A DNA stretch of 61,272 nucleotides from Octopus sinensis. Lineage: Eukaryota. Positions 38,626-49,340 of the stretch are shown here, in pieces; within the stretch, counting starts at the first letter, position 1, and each line of letters opens with the position of its first letter. The stretch lies in NCBI RefSeq assembly GCF_006345805.1, contig NW_021832583.1, positions 1 through 61,272 of the forward strand, in the 5' to 3' direction. Under the pieces are notes generated by a model. That model saw only the letters and a program-made list of their open reading frames with translations. It had not been told where the DNA came from and did no database searches. The translations under genes were made by a program, and so were the position numbers.

Positions 38626-39005
38626 CTTTGTCTCGTGGCCGTGGACAGTGAGCCCAATGGCGCCCAGCTCAACACACTCCTTATACCCTAAGGAAGGCAT
38701 GTGTAAAATTTGAATGAAATTGGTTGTGTCGTTCTCAAGTTATAGGGAAATACACAGACAGACACACATTCTCAGCGTGAGTGAGGAAGATGGCCCCTAG
38801 CAACCACACCTTTTAAGATAGGGATTTCTAAGGTAGCCCACGAGCATTGTCACCTCATTCTACATGTCCCTGTAAATTTTGTAGCGAATCGTAGCGGGAC
38901 GTAGTGGCGTTGAAAGCGATCCAAGCGGTAAAAACGCATTTCAGTTTTAGATATATATATATATATCTACTAGCTGAAGGTGACCCGCTCTACGCGCGAG
39001 TAAGA
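38626..39005 (-). mobile_element. Stacked non-autonomous Helitron-like end fragments
   Basis: AAATTTGAATGAAATTGG..GTTATAGGGAAATACACAGACAGAC module; A|TC 5' end near 38951; hairpin plus CTAG|T 3' end at 38970. Confidence 0.65.
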
Positions 39006-39039
39006 GTGTGGATGTTACTTTCTGTTGCTTCCTTTCAGC

Positions 39040-39340
39040 ACGTAAAAAGCACCATCCGAACGTGGCCGATTGCAGCACCGCCTTGACTTGCTTCTGTGCT
39101 GGTGGCACGTAAAAAGCACCAACCGATCGTTGCCACTGCGAGCCCCCCTGGCACCAGTGCCGGCGGCACGAAAAAAGCACTCACTACACTCACAGTGTGG
39201 TTGGCGTTAGGAGGTCATCCACCTGTAGAAACACTGCCAGATCAGACTGGAGCCTGGAGCAGCCTCCTGGCTTCCGAGACCCCGGTCACACTGCCCAACC
39301 CGTGTTAGCACGGAAAACGGACGTTAAACGATGATGATGA
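39040..39340 (+). mobile_element. SINE/RTE-type 3' tail
   Basis: GGCACGTAAAAAGCACC repeats; TGGTTGGCGTTAGGAGG.CATCCA; ends GGACGTTAAACGATGATGATGAT. Confidence 0.75.
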
Positions 39341-40294
39341 TTCTCCGTATTTGTTTCTCTCTCCTTTCTCTCTCACTTTCCCACTCTCTTACTTTTCTTT
39401 TCTCTCTGACTCTCCCTCGCTTTCTCTTACTCTCTATCTATCTATCTCTCTCCCATTTATAAACAACAAACTTTGAGTAAGTTGAGAAATAAAATATTTA
39501 GAAAGATCATATATAAGCAGTGGCAATGGAAAGGTCTGCTTCAAGGCAGACAGCAAAACGCTAACATTCAAAAGGACAGACGACGAACTTGCGAGCTGAA
39601 TAAAAATAATAATATTGGAAACCAAGTTTGAAGGGATAGAATCTGAGGATAGTAGATAGAGTCACATGGCTGGCATTTGTTAACGACGGACAGCAACGCT
39701 GGCGTAAAATTTTGAACTTGATGTAAAAGAAAATTCGTAAACACCAAGTTTTGAAGTGATTCTTTCTCACGACAGTAGACTTACCATGGCAAGCATTCAA
39801 AACTTCTTTATCATGGACGGCAACACATTGACGATTAAAGGGCTGGCAAATTTTTTAGCTTGATGCAACAGAGAATTCCTAAACACCCGCTCTTTGAAAT
39901 TTTAATCCCCTTCCAGCCCCATTTAGACCCCTTTTCACATTTTGGTTAATATAACCCGATTTCATTCGGTGTACTGGAGCCACATTTTATAAGATGAGGA
40001 ATTTTGTCCTAGAGGTGACGCCTTTCATTTGAGGAACAAAATAGTTGTGATGCAAACTTGTCAGCACCTTTAACATAGGTGTGCATATTTTCAGGTGAAT
40101 CGACCGACTACGTAATGCACACATATATATATGTTGTATATATATGTGTGTGTGTGGTGTGCACGCATTATATATACAATGTATACAAATGAGATATATA
40201 TCTGTATAAATTAAATTAGAGATAAAACCACTAATAGGCAAATCAAACATGAAAAAACAAAACATAAAAAAAGAAATATAACATAGAAAATATA

Positions 40295-40796
40295 TCTATA
40301 TATATAAAACTGTAGTTGTGTGAGTGTTTGTCCCCTTCGATTTAGATTCCTAACTACTCCCAAATTTTGCGGTGCAGTTTAACCAAATTCGGGTATCTTA
40401 TAGTCGTGATTCATATCGAGCCCGTCTGGCTATTAGCGCGCGTCTACGATGAGTGTACGATTTTAAAAATAATTAACATCATTTTTATTCCATTTTAATG
40501 CATATTTTTTCGTGTGTCGATGGCGGCGGAGTTGGCGTCCACGCTCACGCCTGCACCTGTGTTGCTTCTCCCCCTTCTTCCCTCCCTCGTGAAGCTGTGG
40601 GGAAGGGAGTGTAAGGAAATCAACGTCGTAATGCGTTGTGAAGGAGACCAGCGTTCTTTTAGAACAACGACTTCATGGCTTGAAGTCGCCAAAACAGAAA
40701 TCGCTAAAAAAGCTGAAACAGATCCACAAAAACGGCAAAAACCGCCACACAGGGCAGGTTTCCTGTGCAAACAATTTGCACAACCGAATGTTTTAG
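40295..40796 (+). mobile_element. Non-autonomous Helitron, copy 1
   Basis: A|TCTATATATATAAAA start; 8-bp hairpin TGTGCAAA-CAA-TTTGCACA 10 nt before TTAG|T. Confidence 0.7.
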
Positions 40797-40808
40797 TTGT
40801 TGTACAAA

Positions 40809-41280
40809 TCTTTATATATAAAAGTAAGGTTGTGTGTCTGTCTCCTACGATTTAGATTCCTAACTACTCCCACATTTTGCGGTGCAGTGTAACCAAAACC
40901 GGGTATCTTATAGTCGTGATTCATATCGAGCCCTTCTGGGTATTAGCGCGCGTCTACGATGAGTCTACGATTTAAAAAAAAATTTACCATAATTTTTTAT
41001 TCCATTTTAATGCATTTTTCGCTTTGTATAAGGGAAGTAACTCTCTAAAAATGTCTACGATGAGTCAACGATTAAAAAAAAATTACCATTTTTTTATTCC
41101 ATTTTAATGCATTTTTCGCTATTATATAAGGGAAGTAACTCTCTAAAAATGTCTACGATGAGTCAAAGATTATTCCATCTTTAATGCAGTTTTTGCTATT
41201 TTTTTTTGCTATAACTCACTAAAAATGCTTATATAGTTATTTCCCTTACAAACCCGAGCAACGCCGGGCGATACTGCCAG
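40809..41280 (+). mobile_element. Non-autonomous Helitron, copy 2, with internal repeats of about 95 bp
   Basis: A|TCTTTATATATAAAA start; hairpin CCCGAGCAACGCCGGG; CCAG|T end; about 200 bp shared with copy 1. Confidence 0.8.
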
Positions 41281-41424
41281 TAAAATATAAAATTGAAAAC
41301 TTTAAATTATTTAAATTGAAAATAAAAATTATGAAATTATATTTATAATTTGTTTAAAAATATATATAACTATGAAAAAGTATGAAAAAGTTTAATATAC
41401 ATAAATACGATATATACACTTTGT

Positions 41425-41690
41425 ATATATACATTATATATACATATTTATATATAGAACACACACCACACACACATACATACATTATATATACATATTT
41501 ATATATAGAACACACACACACACACACATACATTATATATACATATTTATATATAGAACACACACCCACACCCATACATTATATATACATATTTATATAT
41601 AGAACACACACACATACATTATATATATAATTTTTATATATAGAACACCACACACACACATACATTATATATACATATATATATATATAT
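41425..41690. repeat. Minisatellite of about 45 bp
   Basis: CATACATTATATATACATATTTATATATAGAACACAC repeated 5-6 times. Confidence 0.9.
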
Positions 41691-41931
41691 AAACACACAC
41701 ACACACATATAAATGAACGCAAGAATATCTGATTCATAATATTTGTTCTCATGCTCGTGTGTTGATTGTTGGTGACGACATATACTTAAAAGAACGCCGC
41801 CGAAGTGATAGGAAGGTAGGAACAGAGTCAGTGAAAAGAAAGGAAATAGCGATAGTGACAGATACTTTAAATAACCGTAGTGGACTTCTGAAAGTTATGA
41901 AGTGGAGTAAGAGAAGAAAGGAGGAAATAGG

Positions 41932-42077
41932 GTGAGTGAGGAAGATGGCCCCTAGCAACCACACCTTTTAAGATAGGGATTTCTAAGGTAGCCCACGCGC
42001 ATCGTCACCTCATTCTACATGTCCCTGTAAATTTTGGAGCGAATCGGACGGGATGTAGTGGCATTGAAAGCGATCCA
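41932..42077 (-). mobile_element. Helitron-like internal fragment, same family as 38777-38923
   Basis: GTGAGTGAGGAAGATGGCCCCTAGCAACC...GAAAGCGATCCA at both loci. Confidence 0.75.
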
Positions 42078-42205
42078 GTTCCTTTCTGTTGAAGAGCGTA
42101 GGCTCGAAACGTAAAAGACTTTCTCACCTTCCCGAGCGTTAAACTAATACACCTGTTTGTTGTTTACACACCTGTCTTCGTCTTTTGTCTTTTGTAAATT
42201 CCAAC
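42078..42205 (+). mobile_element. Penelope-like UTR-type repeat with degenerate hammerhead-like core
   Basis: TTGAAGAGCGTAGGCTCGAAACGTA followed by a pyrimidine-rich tail and (TA)n. Confidence 0.4.
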
Positions 42206-42218
42206 TATATATATATAT

Positions 42219-42262
<44 letters not shown>

Positions 42263-42661
42263 GCGTGTGTGTCTCTGTATGTGTGGAGTGGATGAAACAA
42301 AGGTGACTGAAGAAGGGGAATTTTCCTTGTGTTATTTGTCCTGTACTCTATGTTTTCGTTGTTTAAGAAAAATGTCCATTTCCTTGGTTTTGTATTTATG
42401 TTTTCGTTTCTCATTGTATTGGAGGTTTTTTTGGTGTCCTGTACCCATATATGCATGTATATATACATGTAGAGGTAGGTGTGTACATATATGTATGTAT
42501 ATATGCATATGTTTTATTTATTATATATATATATATATTGTACTCAAATTTATATATCCACTCACATTTATATGGCGGGAGCGTGTGTATATACACGGTT
42601 TTATGCTCATGGATAGATATATAGGTGTACCTGTGTACATACATATAATACATAGTCGACT

Positions 42662-43033
42662 TATTTCGTCTGCCGCTACGTTCTGAGTTCAAATTCCGCC
42701 GAGGTCGCCTTTGCATTTCATCCTTTCGAGGTCGATTAAATAAGTACCAGTTACGCACTGGGGTCGATATAATCGACTTAATCTGTTTGTCTGTCCTTGT
42801 TTGTCTCCTCTGTGTTTAGCCCCTTGTGAGTAGTAAAGAAATAGGTATTTCGTCTGTCATTACGTTCTGAGTTCAAATTCCGCCGAGGTCGACTTTGCCT
42901 TTCATCCTTTCGGGGTCGATTAAATAAGTACCAGTTACGCACTGGAGTCGATATAATCGAATTAATCCGTTTGTCTGTCCTTGTTTGTCCTCTCTGTGTT
43001 TAGCCCCTTGTGGGTAGTAAAGAAATGGGTATT
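42662..43033 (+). mobile_element. SINE family A, two internal-type monomers, headless
   Basis: TATTTCGTC at 42662 and 42846 (184 bp); ends AAGAAATGGGTATT. Confidence 0.92.
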
Positions 43034-43064
43034 AACTAATCTCTCTCTCTCTCTTCATAACTAC

Positions 43065-43540
43065 TGGCTCCATTAGCGCGTCGGTCCAAATGCTTAGCGA
43101 TTTTTGATTCGGCTCTTCACTCTTGAGTTCAAATTCCGCGGTCAACTTTGTCTGTCATCCTTTCGGGGTTGATAAAATAAGTACCAGTTGAACACTGGGA
43201 GTCGATGTGATCAACTTACCCCACCCTGAAATTGCTGGCCCTGTGCCAAAATTGAAAATCCTTATTAATGACTTCATCTAAAGAGGCGAGATGGCTGAAT
43301 CGTTAGCACTCCGAGTAAAATGCGTAACAGCATTTTGTCTGTCTTTACATTCTGAGTTCAAATTCTGTTGAAGTCAACTTCACCTTTCAATATTTCGGGG
43401 TTTTAAAAATAAGTACCAACAGAACACTGGGGCCGATGTAATCGACTTACCTACTCACCCGTAATTGCTAGCCTTGTGTCAGTATTTGTAGCCCCGCCTC
43501 CTCAGCAGATTTACTGAACCTGTGTCTAAAGTAGAGACCA
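43065..43540 (+). mobile_element. Two older SINE A' copies in tandem
   Basis: Decayed heads at about 43065 and 43283; A' tails. Confidence 0.75.
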
Positions 43541-43687
43541 TTATTATGACAATGTTGTGAATTGGTAGAATTGCTAGGGTGACTGATTAATTGCCTTGTG
43601 GTACTTAATCAAAACCTTTTACTTCTGTGTTAAAATCTCGAGGTGAAGTTTATTGATGACAGTTTTATCAGTCAAGTATTTGATATC

Positions 43688-44030
43688 GGTGAAGGCGCAT
43701 GGCTTAGTGGTTAGGGCGTAGAGCTTACGATCGTGAGGTTTTAAGTTTGATTCCCGGACCGGGCTGTTTGTTGTGTTCTTGAGCAAGACACTTTATTTCA
43801 CGTTGTTCCAGTTAACTCAGCTGTAGAAATGAGTTGCAACATCACTGGTGCCAAGCTGTATCGGCCCCTTTGCCTTTCCCTTGGATAACATCAGTGGTGT
43901 GGAGAAGGGCGGTTGGTATGCATGGGCAACTACTAGCCTTCCACAAATAATCTTGCCCTGACTTGTGCCTGGGAGGGTAACTTTCTAGGTGCAATCCCAT
44001 GGTCATTCATGACCGAAGGGGATCTCTTCC
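43688..44030 (+). mobile_element. tRNA-headed SINE family D (CORE-like)
   Basis: GGCGCATGGCTTAGTGGTTAGG head; GTGTTCTTGAGCAAGACACTT; related minus-strand head at about 44200-44383. Confidence 0.8.
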
Positions 44031-44686
44031 TATTTGATATCGATCTAATTGAGTGGTTGTTTCCTCCCGAATAAAAACATAAGACCTTGTGTTTATGTTT
44101 CGGTTTTAGAGGAAAGCAAGTGTAGTAAGAACTGTCTTGAGTCTTGGGACTCATAGGTCCAGTTACCAAGTTTTCATGGTATTTAACGTGAACGTGATTA
44201 CAACACTCCTGGGTGAGACGCCAGTCCACCGCAGGGTAATTCATTTTATTGCCGAGTGAACTAGAACAACGTGAAATGGACTGTTTTGTTTAAGAACACA
44301 ATACATAGCTCGGTTCGGGAATCGAGACCACGGCCTTGTGATCAAGAATGTCCCACTCTAACCACTAGGCTATGTGCTTTCACAAGCTAAGTGTGGAGAG
44401 GAAAATACTATGCCTTCTCCACACCAGGAATTTACTGGCAGAATAACAGAGACACATTGCGGCGGGTTTAGACATGAGGTGTTAATCTCTGAAAAGCAGA
44501 TTACGTCGAGATACTAGTGTCGCTGAGATGTCAGCTGTTTAATAAAAACAACAGCACACTGCAATCTTTTATCTTTTACTTGTTTCAGTCATTAGACTGC
44601 GGTCATTGCTGGGGGCATTGCCTTGAAGAATTTTTAGTTCAATGAACCGATCCCTGTCCTTATTTATTTTAAACTTGGTCTCTATA

Positions 44687-45008
44687 GTGGAGGCGCAATG
44701 GCCCAGTGGTTAGGGCAGCGGACTCGCGGACGGAGGATCGCGGTTTCGATTCCCAGACCGGGCGTTGTATGTATTTATTGAGCGAAAACACGTAAAAGCT
44801 CCTCGAGGCTCCGGCAGGGGCTGGTGGCGACCCTTGTTGTATTCTTTCGCCCCAACTTTCTCTTATTCTCTCTTCCTGTTTCTTGGCTAACGCTGTGATG
44901 GACTGGCGTCCCGTCCAGCTGGGGGGGGGGGACACATACGCCACAGAAACCAGGAAACTGGGCCCATGAGCCTGGCCAGGCTTGAAAAGGGCGCATAAAT
45001 AAAAAAAA
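44687..45008 (+). mobile_element. SINE family C, tail 2
   Basis: Homologous to 10128-10437; A-rich end. Confidence 0.9.
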
Positions 45009-45014
45009 ACTTAT

Positions 45015-45255
45015 TCTATAAGGCTCTTTTTGCCCGACTGCTAGGTCACAGGGACACACCAACTGGTTGTCAGGCAGTGGCGGGGACAAACACACACATG
45101 ACGGGCTTCTTTCAGTTTCCGCCTACAAAATACTCTCACAAGGCTTTGGTCGGTCCGATGGTATAAAAGAAGATACTTGCCCAAGGTGTCGCGCAGTAGG
45201 TCTGAACCCCAAACTATGTGGTTGGGAAGCAAGCTTCTTACCACACAACCACGCA
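45015..45255 (-). mobile_element. Decayed SINE family B
   Basis: ACGGGCTTCTTTCAGTTTCC...CAAGGCTTTGGTCGG...TTACCACACA. Confidence 0.8.
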
Positions 45256-45394
45256 GGTAATACTAGCTAAAGAAAGGTTCTGCTGAGGACGTGATTTGTC
45301 CCTTGTTTTTCTCAGCTTAATGTTGATCGGGTACCTTTATCGGGTACAATATTGAAATACGAATAGTGACAGGAGGGAAACAGTCGGTGAGAGA

Positions 45395-45659
45395 CATGAG
45401 GTTCTCAACCGGGGTCCGTATGGCCCTTAGGGGATCTATAAAGGATTTTATTGTTAAGGTTTATGAGCAATAAATTGGTTATACATCTTCACTACACAAA
45501 ATATTTTAACAAACGTTTTAATTCAATTTCTAATAATATTTAATTATCAAAATATAAAAGGATTTTTTTTTCTTTTTTGACATGGGGGTCCATCTGAGTA
45601 AAATAGGAAAGAATCAGAGGGGTCCATTGGCAAAAAATGGTTCAGAATCAGAACCACTG
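45395..45659. mobile_element. hAT/Charlie-like MITE, decayed
   Basis: Degenerate CAGTGGTTCTCAACC TIRs; GGGGTCC subterminal motifs; TSD not matched. Confidence 0.55.
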
Positions 45660-46029
45660 AACTAGACCCAACCAATGGTTAAATTAAATAACTTTCGGTG
45701 TGTACCTTTGAAATACTACTTTTTTTTTTTCGGTTATTGCATTTTTATATTTATTTATTTATCTATTTATTTATTTAATTATTATGTGTTCTATTTTTTA
45801 TACAATTTTTTTAAAGTGTCTTCTTTGTGTAACTTCCCTGACCCATCGCCTTCGTTCTAATACAATTACTAGTCCGACCCTACATGTTTTTGTAAAGGCC
45901 TCATCTCATAGCTTCCTATTTTGTATGCATGAATGAATTGGAGGAAACTTCTTTTCTGTGGTGTCATACACCGCCGAGATCAGCTTTGCTTTACATTTTT
46001 CTTCCGTTTTTCTCTTGCGTTTTTTTTTC

Positions 46030-46424
46030 TTTTTACTTTTTTCAGTCATTTTGACTGTGACCATGCTGGAGCATCGCCTTTAATCGAGCAAATCGACCCC
46101 GCGACTTATTCTTTGTAAGCCCAGTACTTATTCTATCGGTCTCTTTTGCCGAACCGCGAAGTGACGGAGACATAACCACACCAGCATCGGTTGTCAAGCA
46201 ATGCTAGGGGGACAAACACAGACACACAAACATACACACATACACACATATATATATATACAACGGGCTTCCTTTCAGTTTCCGTCTACCAAATCCACTC
46301 ACAAGGCTTTGGTCGGCCCGTGGCTATAGTAGAAGACACTTACCCAAGATGCCACGCAGTGGGACTGAATCCGGAACCATGTGGTTGGTAAACAAGCTAC
46401 TTACCACACAGACACTCCTGCGCC
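46030..46424 (-). mobile_element. SINE family B
   Basis: Full length, ends CACTCCTGCGCC. Confidence 0.92.
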
Positions 46425-46494
46425 TATATAATATACAAAGCAATACCAGTCAAATACTGGTGGGTTTAAGCTTCGAATAACCCTTTCACCTAAA

Positions 46495-46690
46495 AATTTT
46501 TTGCGAGTAACAGAATTGTTAGCGCGTAGGGATTAGCGGCATTTCCTCTGGCTTTTTACGTTCTGTGTTCACATCCCACTGAGGTCAAATTTGACTATCA
46601 TCCTTTCGGGGTCGATAAAATAATGTACCTTAACAGTACTGAGGTTGATGTAATCGACTTGTGCCCTCCTTAAATTTTAGGCTTTGTACG
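46495..46690 (+). mobile_element. Older SINE A' copy
   Basis: CATCCTTTCGGGGTCGATAAAA motif and decayed head. Confidence 0.7.
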
Positions 46691-47047
46691 TAAATGGGAA
46701 GCAGTTATTAATATTAGTATTAGTATTACTGGATCTTTTGTGTTTGGCTGCGGCAGTAGAAATTTCTAAGTTTATTGAAAAATTTTTAATTTGGTGTATT
46801 AATGTAATTTTCCAAGCTGAATCTCAGGAGATATTTAACTTTTCCCAGAAATTTTGTGTCTGTGGCTAAAATTACCCCAAAATTGCAAACTTTAAGAGCT
46901 AATAACCTTTTATTTATGGCGAAAATGAATTTCAGGACATTGATTAGCATATACAACGATATAGTTACACGGAATATGAAATCAATTCGAACAGAGATGG
47001 AAGAGATTGGAAATTGGCAGCCAAATAGAAAACATCTGTATTACTAG

Positions 47048-47351
47048 TTTGTTCCTTCTCGAGCCACACCTGACTCATAAGGGCCGGTTTCCCCGCTTTC
47101 CTTGGCGTATAGGTTCCCCACCTGGACGGGACGCCGGTCCGTCGCAGGTGAGCTGCAAGATGCAGGTGGAAAGAGCGAGACAAACTTGTGGTGAAAGAGT
47201 CAGCAGAAGTTCGCCATTACCTTCTGCCGGAGCCACGCGGAGCTTAGGTGTTTCACTCATAAACACACACATCACCCGGTCTGAGATTCGAACCTGCGAT
47301 CCCTCGACCGCGAGTCCGCTGCTCTAACCACTTGGCCATGTGCTTCCACTA
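47048..47351 (-). mobile_element. SINE family C, tail 1
   Basis: Homologous to 4712-5014; TSD TATTACTAG at 47039-47047 and 47352-47360. Confidence 0.9.
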
Positions 47352-47406
47352 TATTACTAGTAGTATTAGCCTAGTGTTAGTATTGATATTACTAGTACTG
47401 TTACTT

Positions 47407-47712
47407 GTGGATGCCCAATGGCCCAGTGGTTAGGGCAGCGGACTCGCGGTCGGAGGATCGCTGTTTCGATTCCCAGACCGGGCGTTTTGTGTCTTTATTG
47501 AGCGAAGACACCTAAATCTCCAACGAAGCTCCGGCAGGGAGTGGTGGCGAACCCTGTTTTACTCTTTCGCCCCAACTTTCTCTCACTCTCTTCCTGTTTC
47601 TTGAGTAATGCTGCAATGGACTGGCGTCCCGTCCACATGGGGAGGGGTATACACATACGCCACAGAAACCGGGAAACCGGGCACATGAGCCTGGCTAGGC
47701 TTGAAAAGGGCG
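47407..47712 (+). mobile_element. SINE family C, tail 2
   Basis: TSD-like AGTACTGTTA at 47394 and 47720. Confidence 0.9.
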
Positions 47713-48392
47713 AAGGAGAAGTACTGTTATTTGGGTAGTAGAATGACAGAATCATTAGAGCATCGAAACAACGCCTTGCGATATTCGTTTCGGCTCTTTA
47801 CGTTCTGAGTTCAAATCTTGCCGAAGTCAACTGTTTTTTCCAGTATTCACATCTGCGGCCGTAGGTCTCTTCCTACACCATCGTCATTATCGTCCTTCCT
47901 TGTTATCATAATCCTCATCAATAACCATCAACATCAGTCATGATCATTAACCATCATCAATCATTCTCATCATCAACAAATGATCATTCAACACCAACGT
48001 CAGCCGTGATCAATCACCACTAACCATGATCAAGATTATTATCTCCATCATCATCATCATCACCATCATTATCACCACCATCATCATCACCACCACCACC
48101 ACCGTCATCATCATCATCCTCACCATCTTCATGATAAACCCCCTCTAACATCTACCATCATCATCGTTAATTCGCGTTGGTTTCTTTCGAGGAAATTACA
48201 GGTCTCATAAAAAGAAAGTGGGGTTTTTCATTTATGTAGAGATGTGACCTACATAATCAATGACTCATCATCTACGCCCCTAGCAACAACAACAGCAACA
48301 ACAACAACCACAACGACATCTATACAACGTTATAGACGTATAAAGCAAAATCGCAAATGCGCAAACGTGCTCAGAGCCCCATACATACATAC

Positions 48393-48423
<31 letters not shown>

Positions 48424-48432
48424 CATATTATC

Positions 48433-48463
<31 letters not shown>

Positions 48464-48889
48464 GACTATAATATATATGCGGAAACGAATACAGTCATAG
48501 AAATATATCCAGGTAGACCCCACACACACACACACACGCACACACAGAGCAATATGTTTAGTCCTTTCTGATATATTCACCCAACTAAAACACTTCATTA
48601 TCCCAGCAACCTGTAGCTATCGACACCGTATCGCGATACGAATGCCTGTCAGTCTGTCTGCATGACTAAAGCGCCCTCAACACCTATTTTAATGTCTATG
48701 CGTCATACCGGCCTTATCTCTCTCTCTCTCACTCTCTCTCTCTTTTTCTCTTTCTTCCCCCTCTCTCTCTTTCTTCCCCCCTCTCTCTCTATGTATGTGT
48801 GTGTGTGTGTGTGTGTATGTCGGTGTCCCAGCATGGCCACAACCTTGGCGCTGAAACAAAAGAATAAAAGAATTTATATATATATATAT

Positions 48890-49187
48890 ATCGTGACGCA
48901 TATTTGCCATTTGAATATGGCTAACCCCTAAGGGTGGATGCTACTGTAGTTTGTAGCCCCAGGAAGATATCTCCCCCAGCTGGCTATAGACACACTATCT
49001 GTGTCCTCTCAGTATTTGTGAAGGGGAGTCATCCTCCCCGTCTTCTTCTTCGTCTTCACAAATACTGAGAGGACACAGATAGTGTGTCTATAGCCAGTTG
49101 GGGGAGATATCTTCCTGGGGCTACAAACTACAGTAGCATCCACCCTTAGGGGTTAGCCATATTCAAATGGCAAATATGCGTCACGAT
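48890..49187. repeat. Near-perfect inverted repeat, 134-bp arms, 30-nt loop
   Basis: 48890-49023 versus 49054-49187, one mismatch seen. Confidence 0.95.
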
Positions 49188-49229
49188 GTGTTACCGCTAC
49201 TGTTTATAACTCGCTCTGAGATTTATCAT

Positions 49230-49260
<31 letters not shown>

Positions 49261-49340
49261 ATGTATGTATATATATATACTCATTCACTCTTTTACTCGT
49301 TTCAGTCATTCGAGCAAATCGACCCCCAGGACTTATGATG

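Noticed and set aside
37358-38700. SRAEP and LGSAR repeat ORFs
   Set aside because: Direct translations of (GAGCC)n with no unique coding flanks.
43688-43765. Functional tRNA genes at SINE heads (also 9558, 10128, 44687, 47407, 59867)
   Set aside because: A/B boxes are present, but each head continues into a SINE body, the cloverleaf is imperfect and several copies have TSDs.
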